Shown piece after piece: positions 18,150 to 28,635 of a stretch of 64,000 bases of DNA (positions are counted from its first letter, which is position 1; the number at the start of each line of letters is the position of its first letter). The translations under genes were made by a program, and so were the position numbers. Under the pieces are notes generated by a model that was not told where the DNA came from, did no database searches, and was given only the letters and a program-made list of their open reading frames with translations. This DNA is from an uncultured delta proteobacterium (lineage in GTDB: Bacteria > Myxococcota > Myxococcia > Myxococcales > Anaeromyxobacteraceae): positions 128,001 to 192,000 of the forward strand of contig CAVYBH010000001.1 of the NCBI GenBank assembly GCA_963766715.1, in the 5' to 3' direction.

Positions 18150-19827
18150 ATGTCCTTCCTCCGCGAGCCGGGAGATCTCTCGCGGACGCCGCTCGCCGCC
18201 ATCCTGCTCGAGGCCTGGAACCTCCGCCTCGGGGGGGAGCTGACGGTGCGCCAGGCGGGCGGCGACTCGCGCCTCTACTTCCGGGACGGCGTGCCGGTGG
18301 GCGCCCAGACCTTCGCCGGCTTCCACCCGCTCGGCCAGATCCTCCTCGCGCAGGGCGCGATCGACATCGAGACCCTGGGGCGCTCGCTCGCCGAGATGGC
18401 CCGCACCGGGCGGAAGCAGGGCGAGGTCCTCGTGGAGATGGGCGCGGCCCGCCAGGACGTGATCGACCGCGCCCTCGAATCGCAGCAGGCGGCCTACGTG
18501 TCGCTCATCGCCGGGCTGGGCGACGGCGCCTTCCAGTTCGATCCCGAGGCGCCGGTTCCCGACTGGGCGGGGCGCGTGCTGGTCGCGCCGCTCCGGGCGG
18601 TGGTCGACGCGCTGGCGTCCCCGCAGGCCGCCTCGCTCGTCCAGTCCGCGCTCGCCGGGGCCCCGGGCGCCGTCGCCCTCGGTTCGGGCTACGCCGACCT
18701 CGAGGCGTCCTTCTCCTGGACGGAGCCCGAGGCGGCCGCGGTGCGGAAGCTCGCCGCCGCCGCCACCGCGAAGGACGTCCTCTCCTCGCCCGGCCTCACG
18801 CGGGAGCAGGGCCGGGCGCTGCTCTCCGCGCTCCTCCTCCTCGGGCTGGCGGAGCCGGCCGGCGACGTCGTGGAGATCGCCTCGCTGGGCGCCTCGCCCG
18901 GCGGGACGACCATCGCCTCGGCGCCGCCCGTTCCGGTCGAGCCCCAGGAGCCGGGGCGCCGCAGCGACCCCGAGGTGGCCCGGGCCCGCAGGCAGCGGCT
19001 GCTCGCCCGGGCGATGCAGAACATGGGCGTGGGCCCGTTCTCGGCCGGCCCGAGGGCGGCGGCCCCGGCCGGCGCGGCCCCGGTCGCGGGCTCCCCTCCG
19101 CAGCCGGCCGCTCCCACCCCCGCCGAGCGGGAGATCCGCCGCGCCCTCGAGGCGGCCCTGCCGCTCGCCCGCGACCCCGATCTCTTCGCGCGGCTGGGGC
19201 TGCCGCGCGGGGCCGGGCATCGACGACGTGAAGGGCGCCTACCTCAAGCTGGTGAAGCAGTTCCATCCCGACCGCTACGGGTCCCCGGCTCTCGCCGACC
19301 TCCAGGGCGGGCTGCGCGACGTGCTCTCGTCGCTGAACGAGGCCTACGCCACGCTCTCCGACCGGGTGCGGCGCACCGACTACCTGGCCCGGAGCGCCTC
19401 GGGCGGGAGGGCCGCGACCGAGGCGGCCGCCGCCGCGGGGCGAGCCGACTTCCAGAAGGGAGAGGCCGCCCGCCGCACCGGCGACCACGCGCGCGCCCGG
19501 CTCTTCTTCGAGGCGGCGGTCCGCAGCGACCGCCGGGCCGACTACCTCGTCTCGCTGGCCAGCGAGACGCTCCTCTCCGGAAGGAAGGAGGACCGGGACC
19601 GCGCCCGGCGCCATCTCGAGGAGGCCATGAAGGATCCGACCTGCTCCCGGGCGTTCCAGGTCGCCGGGATCATGGCCCGGGAGGACGGCGACGCCGACGG
19701 GGCGGAGAAGCTCCTGCGCGCGGCGCTCAAGGCCGACCCGCGCAACGAGGAGGCGGCCCGCGAGCTGCACCAGATCCAGGGCAGGCGGCTCAGCCGCGCC
19801 GAGGCGCGGGCGGACGCGAAGAAGTGA
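18150..19827 (+). CDS. DUF4388-like / DnaJ-domain / TPR protein; frameshift near 19217
   Basis: N-terminal GDLSRTPLAAIL...LYFRDGVPV, LGQIL; J-domain DLFARLGL...VKGAYLKLVKQFHPDRY...LNEAYATLSD (second half in ORF 19228-19827); C-terminal TPR-like helices. Confidence 0.78.
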
Positions 19828-20907
19828 CCGCGCTCCGGCAAGACGGGAAGGCGGCGACCGGACCCTTCCTGGTGGAGGGGGCGCGAAAGCTGGACGAGTG
19901 GACGCGCCTCGCCGCGCGCCTGCCCGACCTCGAGGCGGTGGTCCGGGTCGACGCCGGGCTCCTCTCCCGGCGGCTCGATTCCCTCCCCGACGAGGCGAAC
20001 GGGCTCCTTCGGCTCGTCGACGGGCGGCGCACCCTGCGCGCCGTGATCGAGGAGTCGGGGCGGCCGGAGATCGAGGCCGCCGCGCTGCTCGTGCCCCTTC
20101 ACGAGGACGGCATCCTGGTCGTCGCGCCGGTGCAGCGAGCTCCCGTCTCCCCGGGGAACGCCGGGGCCGGAAGGGGTCGAGTGGTTCGCCGACCCGGCCG
20201 AGGCGCGGCGGGCGGCCCTCGCCGTGGGAACCGCCATCCCCGTCCCGGAACGGGTCCGCGGCCCGGAGCCCGTGCGCCACAGCCAGGCGCCGGCCTGGGT
20301 CGTCGGCGCGGTCCTCGTGCTCGCCGCGGCGATCCTCCTCGGGCCCGAATGGGCGCGCCGGCAGAGGTCCGCGGTCGCCGATCCGGGCGCGCCGTCCGGC
20401 CAGGCCGCCGAGGCCCAGCCGGCGGCCGCTCCGTCGCCGCCGGCGCTCGCGATCACGGAGCCGGCTCCCGCCGGGACCGTCCGTCCGCCCGAGGCCGAGC
20501 CCCAGCCGCCTCCGCGGCCCCAGGGCCGGCCGGCCGCTCCGCCCCTGCCTCCCGCCTATTCGGAGGCCATGGCGGCCGGGGAGGCGAGCTACCGCGCCGG
20601 AGACTTCCCCGCCGCCGTCGCCTCCTTCGAGCGCGCGGTCCGCTTCCGGGAGACGAGCCAGGCCCAGGCCGCGCTGGGCCGGGCGCTCTCCGACGCCGGG
20701 AGGCCACGGGAGGCGCTCCCGGCCCTCCTGCGCGCCACGGCGCTCGACGCGTCGAACGGCGCCGCGTGGCTGGCGCTCGGAGAGGTCCAGCTGACCGGCG
20801 GCGACTCCGCCGGCGCACGCGCCTCGTACGAGCGCTACCTGGCCGTCGACCCGGCCGGGCGGCACGCCGAAGAGGTGCGGGCGGTGCTGGCGCGCTTGCG
20901 TCCCTGA
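19824..20907 (+). CDS. Membrane-anchored TPR protein; frameshift near 20165
   Basis: GTG overlapping the upstream TGA; LLRLVDGRRTLRAVIEES segment, TM WVVGAVLVLAAAILLG, Pro-rich linker, TPRs (AWLALGEVQL...YERYLAVDP). Confidence 0.65.
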
Positions 20908-20932
20908 GCGGGCCGGGTAGAAAGTCCCCCCC

Positions 20933-21952
20933 GTGAAGGTCCTGGGCATCGAGACGAGCTGTGACGAGACCGCCGCCGCCGTGGTGGAGGACGGCCGGCG
21001 TGCGCTCTCCGACGTCGTCTCCACCCAGATCGAGATCCATCGCCGCTGGGGCGGCGTGGTCCCGGAGCTGGCCAGCCGCAACCACGTCGTGCAGGTGATG
21101 CCGGTCGTCGACGAGGCGCTGCGCCTCGCCGGCGTCTCGCCCGCCGACCTCGACGGCATCGCGGTCACGAGCGGACCGGGGCTCGTGGGGGCGCTGCTCG
21201 TCGGGGTCCAGGTGGCGAAGGCGCTCTCGCTGGCGTGGAACCTGCCGCTCGCGCGGGTGAACCACCTCGAGGGGCACCTGCTCGCCACCTTCCTCTCCGA
21301 GGAGGCGCCGGCGTTCCCCTACCTCGGGCTGGTGGTCTCGGGCGGCCACACGTCGCTCTACGTGGCCGAGGGATTCGGGCGCTACCGCCTGCTCGGCCAG
21401 ACCCGCGACGACGCCGCCGGGGAGGCCTTCGACAAGGGGGCGAAGCTGCTCGGGCTGCCCTATCCGGGCGGCGTGGCCATCGACCGGCTGGCCCGGGACG
21501 GCAATCGGCTCGCGGTGAAGTTCCCCAAGGCCATCGTCAAGGGCGGCCCGCTCGAGTTCAGCTTCTCCGGGCTGAAGACGGCGCTGCTCCACCACGTCCG
21601 CAAGCACGGCGTCCCCGAAGGCCCGGCGCTCGCCGACCTGTGCGCCAGCTACCAGGAGGCCATCGTGGGCGCGCTCTCGTCGAAGCTCTTCCGGGCGGCG
21701 CGCGAGCTCCAGCTCGACCGGGTGGTCCTCTCCGGCGGCGTGGCCGCGAACGGCCGGCTGCGCGCCGTGGTGACGGAGCGCGCGGCGGAGTACGAGGGGA
21801 TGCGGGTCTTCCTGCCGTCGCCCCGGCACTGCACCGACAACGCGGCGATGATCGCGGTGGCCGGCACGCAGGCGCTCCTGCGGGGCGAGCGGGCCAGCCC
21901 CGACCTGAACGCCGACCCGGCCTGGCGCCTCGGCCAGCCGCAGGGGGCCTGA
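20933..21952 (+). CDS. tsaD: tRNA N6-adenosine threonylcarbamoyltransferase TsaD
   Basis: VLGIETSCDETAAA, GGVVPELASRNH, GPGLVGAL, NHLEGH, VSGGHT, DDAAGEAFDK, SFSGLKT, CTDNAAMIA. Confidence 0.97.
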   Translation: MKVLGIETSCDETAAAVVEDGRRALSDVVSTQIEIHRRWGGVVPELASRNHVVQVMPVVDEALRLAGVSPADLDGIAVTSGPGLVGALLVGVQVAKALSLAWNLPLARVNHLEGHLLATFLSEEAPAFPYLGLVVSGGHTSLYVAEGFGRYRLLGQTRDDAAGEAFDKGAKLLGLPYPGGVAIDRLARDGNRLAVKFPKAIVKGGPLEFSFSGLKTALLHHVRKHGVPEGPALADLCASYQEAIVGALSSKLFRAARELQLDRVVLSGGVAANGRLRAVVTERAAEYEGMRVFLPSPRHCTDNAAMIAVAGTQALLRGERASPDLNADPAWRLGQPQGA

Positions 21953-21953
21953 C

Positions 21954-22826
21954 GTGCCCCACCCGTCGCCGCGCGTCCTCCTCGACCGCCACGGCCTGCG
22001 GGCCAAGAAGAGCTGGGGCCAGAACTTCCTCGGCGACGAGGCGATCCTCGACGGCATCGCGCGCCTCGCGGTGGAGCGCGCCGGCGAGGTGGTGATCGAG
22101 ATCGGATCCGGGCTCGGCCACCTCACCGAGCGGCTGCTGGCGCACGGGGCGCGGGTGGTGGCGGTGGAGCGCGACCGGGACATGGCCCGCGTGCTGCGCG
22201 GCGAGTTCGGCGACGCCATCCGGCTGGTGGAGGCCGACGCGGCCCGCGCCGACTTCGCGCGGCTGGCCGCGGACGCGCCCGGGGGGGCGCAGCCGGGACG
22301 GGTGGCGGTGGCCGGCAACATCCCCTACCACCTGACCAGCCCCATCCTCTTCTCGCTGCTCGACCAGGCCGACGCGGTGTCGCGCGCCGTGCTGCTCGTC
22401 CAGCGCGAGGTGGCGGAGCGGCTCGCCGCCCGTCCGGGCACGAAGGACTGGGGACTGCTCTCCGTGCTCCTGCAGCAGCGCGGCGAGGTGGAGATCGATC
22501 GCGTCGTCCCGCGCGGCGCCTTCCACCCGCCGCCCCGGGTCGACAGCGCGGTGGTTCGCATCGACCTGCACGGCCGGGAGCCGCGCGCGGCCGACGGGCG
22601 GCGCTTTCGACTATTGGTGAAGGCCGGCTTCGGCCAGCGGCGCAAGACCTTGCGGAACGCGCTGGAGGCCTCGCGCGTGGCGCCGCCGGAGGCGCTCCTG
22701 GCCGCGCTGGTGTCCGCCGGCGTGGACCCGGGGAGGCGCGGCGAGACCCTGACGGTGGACGAGTGGGAATCGCTCGACCGGGCCCTGGGCGCTCCCTCGC
22801 CGGCCGGGAATCCCCAGGAATCCTGA
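21954..22826 (+). CDS. rsmA: 16S rRNA adenine dimethyltransferase RsmA/KsgA
   Basis: KKSWGQNFL, EIGSGLGHLT, VERD, GNIPYHLTSPIL, QREVAERL, FHPPPRVDSAVV, FGQRRKTLRN. Confidence 0.96.
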   Translation: MPHPSPRVLLDRHGLRAKKSWGQNFLGDEAILDGIARLAVERAGEVVIEIGSGLGHLTERLLAHGARVVAVERDRDMARVLRGEFGDAIRLVEADAARADFARLAADAPGGAQPGRVAVAGNIPYHLTSPILFSLLDQADAVSRAVLLVQREVAERLAARPGTKDWGLLSVLLQQRGEVEIDRVVPRGAFHPPPRVDSAVVRIDLHGREPRAADGRRFRLLVKAGFGQRRKTLRNALEASRVAPPEALLAALVSAGVDPGRRGETLTVDEWESLDRALGAPSPAGNPQES

Positions 22827-23068
22827 GGGGTGGGGGTCGCTCCGGCCTGGCCTGGCCGGGGAAGGGGCGGCGCCCCTTCCGGGGTCGGGTGTTTTCCGGA
22901 GGCGATCCCCGGTGCGCGGCCCCCCGCGATCGCCGGTCGTCCTGCCCCGCCCCGACCGGACTCTTTCGCCGCGGGCTGGGGAGTGCTCCCAATATCGAAG
23001 CCGGGGCGGATCGACGACACTCCTTCTCGAGACGAAGCTTCCAACCCGGAGTGAAGGAGAGCGACACC

Positions 23069-23488
23069 ATGACGACCATCAACGGCGGCAGCGCGGTGAA
23101 GGGTGGCTACTACCTCTCGAAGTCCAACTGGGAAATTTCCCCATCCAGCACGACGGCGAGCGGCTCCCCGGCAAGGCGGCCGAGCACTACGTGCAGCTGC
23201 CCACGGCGGCCGTGTTCCTGCTGATGCCGGTCCTCGGCGGCCTGATGGTGGTCTTCCTCCCGTTCATCGGCCTCTACCTGACCGCGAAGGCCGCGCTCGA
23301 GCCCGCTCGTCGGCATGTTCCGCCGCTCGGCCCAGGACCTGGCCGCGACCGTCACCCCCGGCTGGCAGCCCGGCGAGGCGCACTTCACCGGCAAGCGCCA
23401 GGAGGAGAAGGCGGAGGGCGAGATCTCGTCGCAGGCCGCCAAGCTCGAGGAGCTGGCTCGCGAGATCGACGCGAAGCGCAAGGAGTAG
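23069..23488 (+). CDS. Uncharacterised small membrane protein, paralog 1; compensating indels near 23137 and 23302
   Basis: AAGGAG RBS. Reconstructed as MTTINGGSAVKGGYYLSKSNWEI.PIQHDGERLPG...LMPVLGGLMVVFLPFIGL...SAQDLAATVTPGWQPGEAHFTG...KE*, collinear with the next gene. Confidence 0.72.
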
Positions 23489-23533
23489 GCGGCAAGGAGC
23501 ACGGAGCAAGGAACCAGGAAGAAGGAGGCGGCC

Positions 23534-23983
23534 ATGGCACGGTACACGGGTGGAGATCGGGTCCCCGGCGGCTACTACTGGAACCCCCGGCACTGGAGCA
23601 TCAGCCTGGTGTCGGACCGCGGAGGAGAGCTCCCCGGGACCTCGTCGGACCGCTACCTGCGCATCTCGTGGATGACGGCGCTCCTGCTCGCGCCGCTCCT
23701 CGGCGGCCTCTTCGTGGTCTTCCTCCCCTTCATCGGCCTCGGCCTGTTCTTCCGGCTGGCGTGGAGGAAGCTGACCGGCAGCGCCCGCGAGGGCGCCCGC
23801 GACCTCGCCGCGACGGTGACGCCGGGATGGCGGCCGGGCGAGGCCCACATGACGGGCCGGTCGCTCGATCCGAAGGCCGAGCAGCTTCCGGCCGGCGGCG
23901 CCGGGGAGTCGGCGCTCGGGCAGGTGGCCGACGAGGTGGCGCGCAAGCGCCGCGAGACCGGGAACGGAAACGGGAACGACTGA
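23534..23983 (+). CDS. Uncharacterised small membrane protein, paralog 2
   Basis: AAGGAGG RBS; MARYTGGDRVPGGYYWNPRHW...LPG...APLLGGLFVVFLPFIGL...ARDLAATVTPGWRPGEAHMTG. Confidence 0.8.
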   Translation: MARYTGGDRVPGGYYWNPRHWSISLVSDRGGELPGTSSDRYLRISWMTALLLAPLLGGLFVVFLPFIGLGLFFRLAWRKLTGSAREGARDLAATVTPGWRPGEAHMTGRSLDPKAEQLPAGGAGESALGQVADEVARKRRETGNGNGND

Positions 23984-24022
23984 CGGGGCTGCTCCGGGAA
24001 GCCCCCGTCGGACGTCGCAAGG

Positions 24023-24057
24023 ACGCCGGCTCCCTTCGCGGGGGGCCGGCGTTTCTC
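24023..24057 (+). terminator. Intrinsic terminator after the paralog pair
   Basis: GC-rich inverted repeat ACGCCGGCTCCC...GGGGGCCGGCGT followed by TTCTC. Confidence 0.6.
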
Positions 24058-24159
24058 GTCTCGGTCACTCGGAGGAAAAGCTGGGCGCCCTGTCGAAAGT
24101 TCCGCCGCCCGCCACCGCCACGCCCCGCCACCGCCAGGGCGCCCATTCCCTTTGCCGCG

Positions 24160-24429
24160 CTAGATGCCCGCGGCCCTCGCCGTCGCGAGGAGAAGACTCA
24201 TGTTCCGGGCGCCGTTCTCGCCCAGGTACCTTCGAAAGGCCCCGGCGTCGAGTCGCATCGCCCGGATCGTCGCCTCGACGACGACGTCGTAGCTCTTCGC
24301 GTCCGGCTTGCGCAGCTCGATGGCGATCTTGAGGATCGCCCTCTGGAAGGCCGGATCGACCGCGCCGTCCGCGGTCGATCCCTTCGCCGTCACCCGACCC
24401 GCCGCCGGCCCACGCCGCCCTGCCACCAT
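24160..24429 (-). CDS. Small hypothetical protein (start uncertain)
   Basis: Protein-like segment DPAFQRAILKIAIELRKPDAKSYDVVVEATIRAMRLDAGAFRRYLGEN with typical codon bias; GGAGG upstream of ATG 24429. Confidence 0.55.
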   Translation of the reverse strand: MVAGRRGPAAGRVTAKGSTADGAVDPAFQRAILKIAIELRKPDAKSYDVVVEATIRAMRLDAGAFRRYLGENGARNMSLLLATARAAGI

Positions 24430-24564
24430 CCTGCCTCCGCGTTGCATGCCGAGACGTTAACGCGCGTGACCATACATGGCGTGACGTGACCAGGTCAAGA
24501 TTCCGGCCCCCCCACGCCCCACGTGGACACCCCGGGACCCCTGTGGCAAGCTCGCGCACCGTCA

Positions 24565-25205
24565 GTGGAAAAGTCGAGATACATCGCCGTCGAAGGGCCC
24601 ATCGGCGTGGGCAAGACCACGCTGGCCCGGGCCCTGGCCGAGCGGCTGGGGGGCGGCTCGTCCTCGAGGCGGCGGAGGAGAACCCCTTCCTGCCCGGCTT
24701 CTACCAGGACCGGAAGAAGCACGCGCTCCAGGCCCAGCTCTTCTTCCTCCTGTCCCGGTACCAGCAGCAGCAGGACCTCTTCCAGCAGGACCTCTTCAAC
24801 CAGGTCACGATCTCCGACTACCTCTTCGCCAAGGACCGGATCTTCGCGAGCCTGACGCTCGATCCCAACGAGCTGGCCCTCTACGAGCGCATCTGGCAGG
24901 TGCTCGGCGCGCGGGTGGTGAAGCCCGACCTGGTGGTCTACCTGCAGGCCCGGCCCGAGGTGCTGGCGGGGCGCATCCGCAAGCGGGGCCGCGATTTCGA
25001 GCGGCAGGTCGCCCCCGAGTACCTGGACGCGGTCAGCCGGGCCTACGGCGACTTCTTCTTTCACTACGAGGAAACGCCGCTGCTGGTGGTGAACACGAGC
25101 GAGCTCGACCTCGGCGACGAGGCCGACCTGGACGCGCTGCTGAAGGAGATCCGGCGCCACCGGCGGGGGAGGCTGCACTTCTCGCTGGCCGGCCACGGCG
25201 GTTGA
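24565..25205 (+). CDS. Deoxynucleoside kinase; frameshift in the G-run near 24650
   Basis: [16 protein letters not shown] (P-loop), [50 protein letters not shown]. Confidence 0.88.
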
Positions 25206-25332
25206 CGCGCCCCGCCGTGCCCCGCGCCGCACCCCGTCCGTTATCCGTGGCGCTGATCGGCCCGGCCGGGGTAGATTTCCTCTTCCCAATGGGCGGGACC
25301 TCGAGAGAGGCCTACACCGGAGGCGTCGCGCC

Positions 25333-26250
25333 ATGTCCAGCCAGACCGCCCCGCGCAAGCGGGTGACCATCCACGAGCTGCGTCGCATGAAGGGCGCCGG
25401 CGAGAAGATCGCCGTCGTCACCGCCTACGACGCCACCAGCGCCCGGCTCGTCGACCGCGGCGGCGTCGACGTGGTGCTCGTCGGCGACTCGCTCGGCATG
25501 GTCCTGCAGGGGCACGACTCCACCCTGCCGGTCACGCTCGACCACATGATCTACCACTCGGCCTCGGTCCGCCGCGGCCTCTCCCGCACCGCCAGCCGCG
25601 CCCACCTGGTCGGCGACATGCCCTTCGGCAGCTACCAGGCCAGCGCCGACGAGGCGGTGAAGAACGCCATGCGCCTCGTCTCCGAGGGCGGCGTCGAGGC
25701 GGTGAAGCTGGAGGGCGGCGCCGAGTACGCCGACGTGATCACCCGGATCGTCCGCGCCGGCATCCCGGTGATGGGGCACATCGGGCTCACCCCCCAGTCG
25801 GTCCACAAGATGGGCGGGTACGTGGTGCAGGGCCGGGAGGGCGACAAGGCCCAGAAGCTGATCCAGGACGCCCACGCCCTCGAGGCCGCCGGCTGCTACG
25901 CGATGGTGCTGGAGTGCATCCCGGCCGAGCTGGCCCGGCTGGTCTCCACCCAGCTCGGCATCCCCACCATCGGCATCGGCGCCGGAGCCCATACCGACGG
26001 TCAAGTGCTGGTCTACCACGACCTCCTCGGCCTCGAGACCGAGTTCAAGCCCAAGTTCGTGAAGCGCTTCGCCGACCTGGGGCCCGCGGCCGCGGCCGGG
26101 GTCGAGGCCTACGTCGCCGAGGTGAAGGCCGGCACCTTCCCGGCCGAGGAGCACAGCTTCCACGCGCCGTCGCTCCGGCTTCTCCAGGTGGTCGCGCAGC
26201 AGCCCGAGGCCGACGACGACCACGCTGGCGTGGTGGGGGCGCCGGTCTAG
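25333..26250 (+). CDS. panB: 3-methyl-2-oxobutanoate hydroxymethyltransferase
   Basis: [55 protein letters not shown]. Confidence 0.97.
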   Translation: MSSQTAPRKRVTIHELRRMKGAGEKIAVVTAYDATSARLVDRGGVDVVLVGDSLGMVLQGHDSTLPVTLDHMIYHSASVRRGLSRTASRAHLVGDMPFGSYQASADEAVKNAMRLVSEGGVEAVKLEGGAEYADVITRIVRAGIPVMGHIGLTPQSVHKMGGYVVQGREGDKAQKLIQDAHALEAAGCYAMVLECIPAELARLVSTQLGIPTIGIGAGAHTDGQVLVYHDLLGLETEFKPKFVKRFADLGPAAAAGVEAYVAEVKAGTFPAEEHSFHAPSLRLLQVVAQQPEADDDHAGVVGAPV

Positions 26251-26264
26251 TCCCGACCGTCCCG

Positions 26265-27135
26265 ATGTCCACCCCCGAGCTCATCCGCGACCCGGCGGAG
26301 TGGCAGCTTCGCCTGACCGATGCGCGCGACGGCGGCGCCCGCATCGCGCTCGTCCCCACCATGGGCTACCTGCACGAGGGGCACCTCTCCCTCATGCGCG
26401 AGGCCCGGCACCGCGCCGACTCGGGCGCGCGCCGCGGGCTCTCCGTGGCCACCATCTTCGTGAACCCCACCCAGTTCGGGCCCTCCGAGGACCTGGCGCG
26501 CTACCCCCGCGACCTCGAGGGGGATCTCGCCAAGTGCGGCTCGGCCGGCGTCGACATGGTCCTCGCGCCGGAGGATCCGAAGGCGATGTACCTGCCCGGC
26601 TTCCAGACCTGGGTGGACGTCGAGGAGGTCTCGAAGGGGCTGTGCGGCGACCGCCGCCCCGGCCACTTCCGCGGCGTCGCGACGGTGGTGGCGAAGCTCC
26701 TCGGCCTGTCGCGCCCCCACGTGGCCCTCTTCGGCGACAAGGACTGGCAGCAGCTCCAGGTCATCCGCCGGATGGTCCTCGACCTCGACATGGGCGTCGA
26801 GGTGGTGGGCATGCCGATCGTCCGCGAGCCCGACGGGCTCGCGCTCTCGTCGCGCAACGCCTACCTCTCCGCCCGACGAGCGCGCCCGCGCGCCGGCCAT
26901 CTCGCGGGCGCTCGCGGCCGCCCAGGTCCGGGCCGCCGGAGGGGAGCGGGATCCCCGCGAGCTGGCCGCGGGAATCGCCCGCGCCGTCGAGGCGGCCGGG
27001 ATGAAGGTCGACTACGTCGAGCTGGTCCACCCCGAGACCCTGCGGCCGGCGGAGCGGGCCGAGCCGGGCACGCGCGCGCTGGTGGCCGCCTTCCTGGGGC
27101 GCACCCGGCTCATCGACAACCTGGCCCTGCCGTGA
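26265..27135 (+). CDS. panC: Pantoate--beta-alanine ligase; frameshift near 26872
   Basis: [55 protein letters not shown]-terminal TRLIDN in a shifted frame. Confidence 0.93.
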
Positions 27136-27617
27136 AGAAGGCGAGAGGGCAGGCGGCCGACGACGGCGTGAAGGTGGTCGCCCAGAACCGGCGCGCCCGC
27201 TTCGACTACGACATCGAGGAGCGGTTCGAGGCCGGGCTCTCGCTCACCGGGAGCGAGGTGAAGTCGCTGCGCGAGAGCAACGTGGCGATCTCCGACGCCT
27301 ACGCGGCGCTGCGGGGCGACGAGCTCTGGCTCCTCAACTGCCGCATCGGCGAGTACGCCGCCGCGGCGGCCTTCGGCCACGCGCCCCTGCGGGAGCGCAA
27401 GCTCCTGCTCCGCCGGGCCGAGATCGAGAAGCTCCGCGGCAAGGTGGAGCAGCGCGGCTACACGCTCGTGCCCATCTCCATCTACTTCAAGGAAGGCTGG
27501 GCCAAGGTGGAGCTCGGGCTCGGCCGCGGCAAGACCCACGAGGACCGCCGCGACCACATCGCCGAGCGGGAGAGCCGCCGCGAGATGGACCGCGCCCTCT
27601 CCAGAAAACGCCGCTGA
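27132..27617 (+). CDS. smpB: SsrA-binding protein SmpB
   Basis: [47 protein letters not shown]. Confidence 0.96.
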   Translation: MKKARGQAADDGVKVVAQNRRARFDYDIEERFEAGLSLTGSEVKSLRESNVAISDAYAALRGDELWLLNCRIGEYAAAAAFGHAPLRERKLLLRRAEIEKLRGKVEQRGYTLVPISIYFKEGWAKVELGLGRGKTHEDRRDHIAERESRREMDRALSRKRR

Positions 27618-27718
27618 TCCGGCGTGTGGTCGGGTGTCCCACCCCCTGTCGCGGGACCCTGCACGGGGGTCAGCATTCCCTCACGGCGGTGTCCTGTTAC
27701 CGTGGGAGGCACGGCACC

Positions 27719-28624
27719 ATGTTCGACCGGGTGAAGCTGCGGAGGGATCTGACCGACTGCGGGGGCACGGTGCTCGCCCGCGCCGGGACGGTCATCTCCG
27801 TCGAGTCGATCGCCGAGGCCGCGGCCAGCTCGCGGCCGGGCCACGGCCTGCCCCTCTCCGACACCTTCCTGACCGACGACCTGGGCGACGTGCTCCAGGA
27901 CGCCGCGCTCGGCCACTTCTTCCGGACCGACGAGGTCCGCTCGGCGGTCCGCAAGGTGGTGGAGGCGGCGAAGCTCCCGCTCCCCCTCGTCGAGGAGCTG
28001 GCGGCGGCCAAGCTCGGCGACGCGACCCGCTACCGGCACGCGCTCGCCTCGGCCGTGGTGACGGCGCGCATGATCCTGGCGGCCGCCGGCACGGCCCGGG
28101 CCTCCCCGCAGATCGCGGCGGCGGCGCTGCTCCACGACATCGGCATGCGCCACGTCCCGCCGCGGGTGCTGCGGACCCCGGATTCGCTCCGGGGCGAGGA
28201 CGCCGCCGAGATCGCCCAGCACCCGATCCTGGGCGCGTACCAGCTGGCCCGGGAGCTCGGGAACCACCCGGCGGTGGAGGCGGCGCTGGCCCATCACTGG
28301 CGGGACGGGCAGGGGTATCCCGACCTCCCGAATCCCCCGTCGCCCAGCACCGACGTGGTCGCGGTGGCCAGCGCCTTCGTGGCGCTGACCCACGCCCGGG
28401 CCTACCGCTCCGAGCCCTACGAGTCGCGCAGCGCCGTCGACATCCTGGTGGGCGAGGCGTCGGCGGGGCACGCCGACCCGTTCGCGGTGAAGCTGCTCGT
28501 CCACGCCCTGCGCGGCGGGGACGGGCCGGTCAACGGGCTGCGCTTCGCCCGGTCCCGGCAGGGCATGTCACCCGTGGTGAATCGGCACACCCGCATCGCG
28601 CCGCCGGCGCGCCGCATGGTCTGA
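27719..28624 (+). CDS. HD-GYP-like domain protein, apparently degenerate
   Basis: LLHDIGM, HPILG, HHWRDGQGYP, RAYR; GGGAGG RBS before ATG 27719. Confidence 0.75.
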   Translation: MFDRVKLRRDLTDCGGTVLARAGTVISVESIAEAAASSRPGHGLPLSDTFLTDDLGDVLQDAALGHFFRTDEVRSAVRKVVEAAKLPLPLVEELAAAKLGDATRYRHALASAVVTARMILAAAGTARASPQIAAAALLHDIGMRHVPPRVLRTPDSLRGEDAAEIAQHPILGAYQLARELGNHPAVEAALAHHWRDGQGYPDLPNPPSPSTDVVAVASAFVALTHARAYRSEPYESRSAVDILVGEASAGHADPFAVKLLVHALRGGDGPVNGLRFARSRQGMSPVVNRHTRIAPPARRMV

Positions 28625-28635
28625 GCGGCGCGGCC

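Noticed and set aside
24455..24500. Short GTGAC repeats and small palindromes between the hypothetical gene and dnk
   Set aside because: Too short and irregularly spaced to distinguish from chance; not a CRISPR or iteron array.
24640..24660. Phase-variable G-tract or programmed frameshift in dnk
   Set aside because: The run is short and is one of many similar indels across unrelated housekeeping genes, so sequencing error is more parsimonious.
25914..27617. Apparent PanC-SmpB fusion
   Set aside because: A single indel near 26872 joins the frames; PanC's own C-terminus (TRLIDN) and stop at 27135 are present in the shifted frame.
27618..27718. tmRNA or c-di-GMP riboswitch between smpB and the HD-GYP gene
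   Set aside because: Only about 100 nt, with no tmRNA termini or GEMM consensus recognised; the possible hairpins are unremarkable at this GC content.
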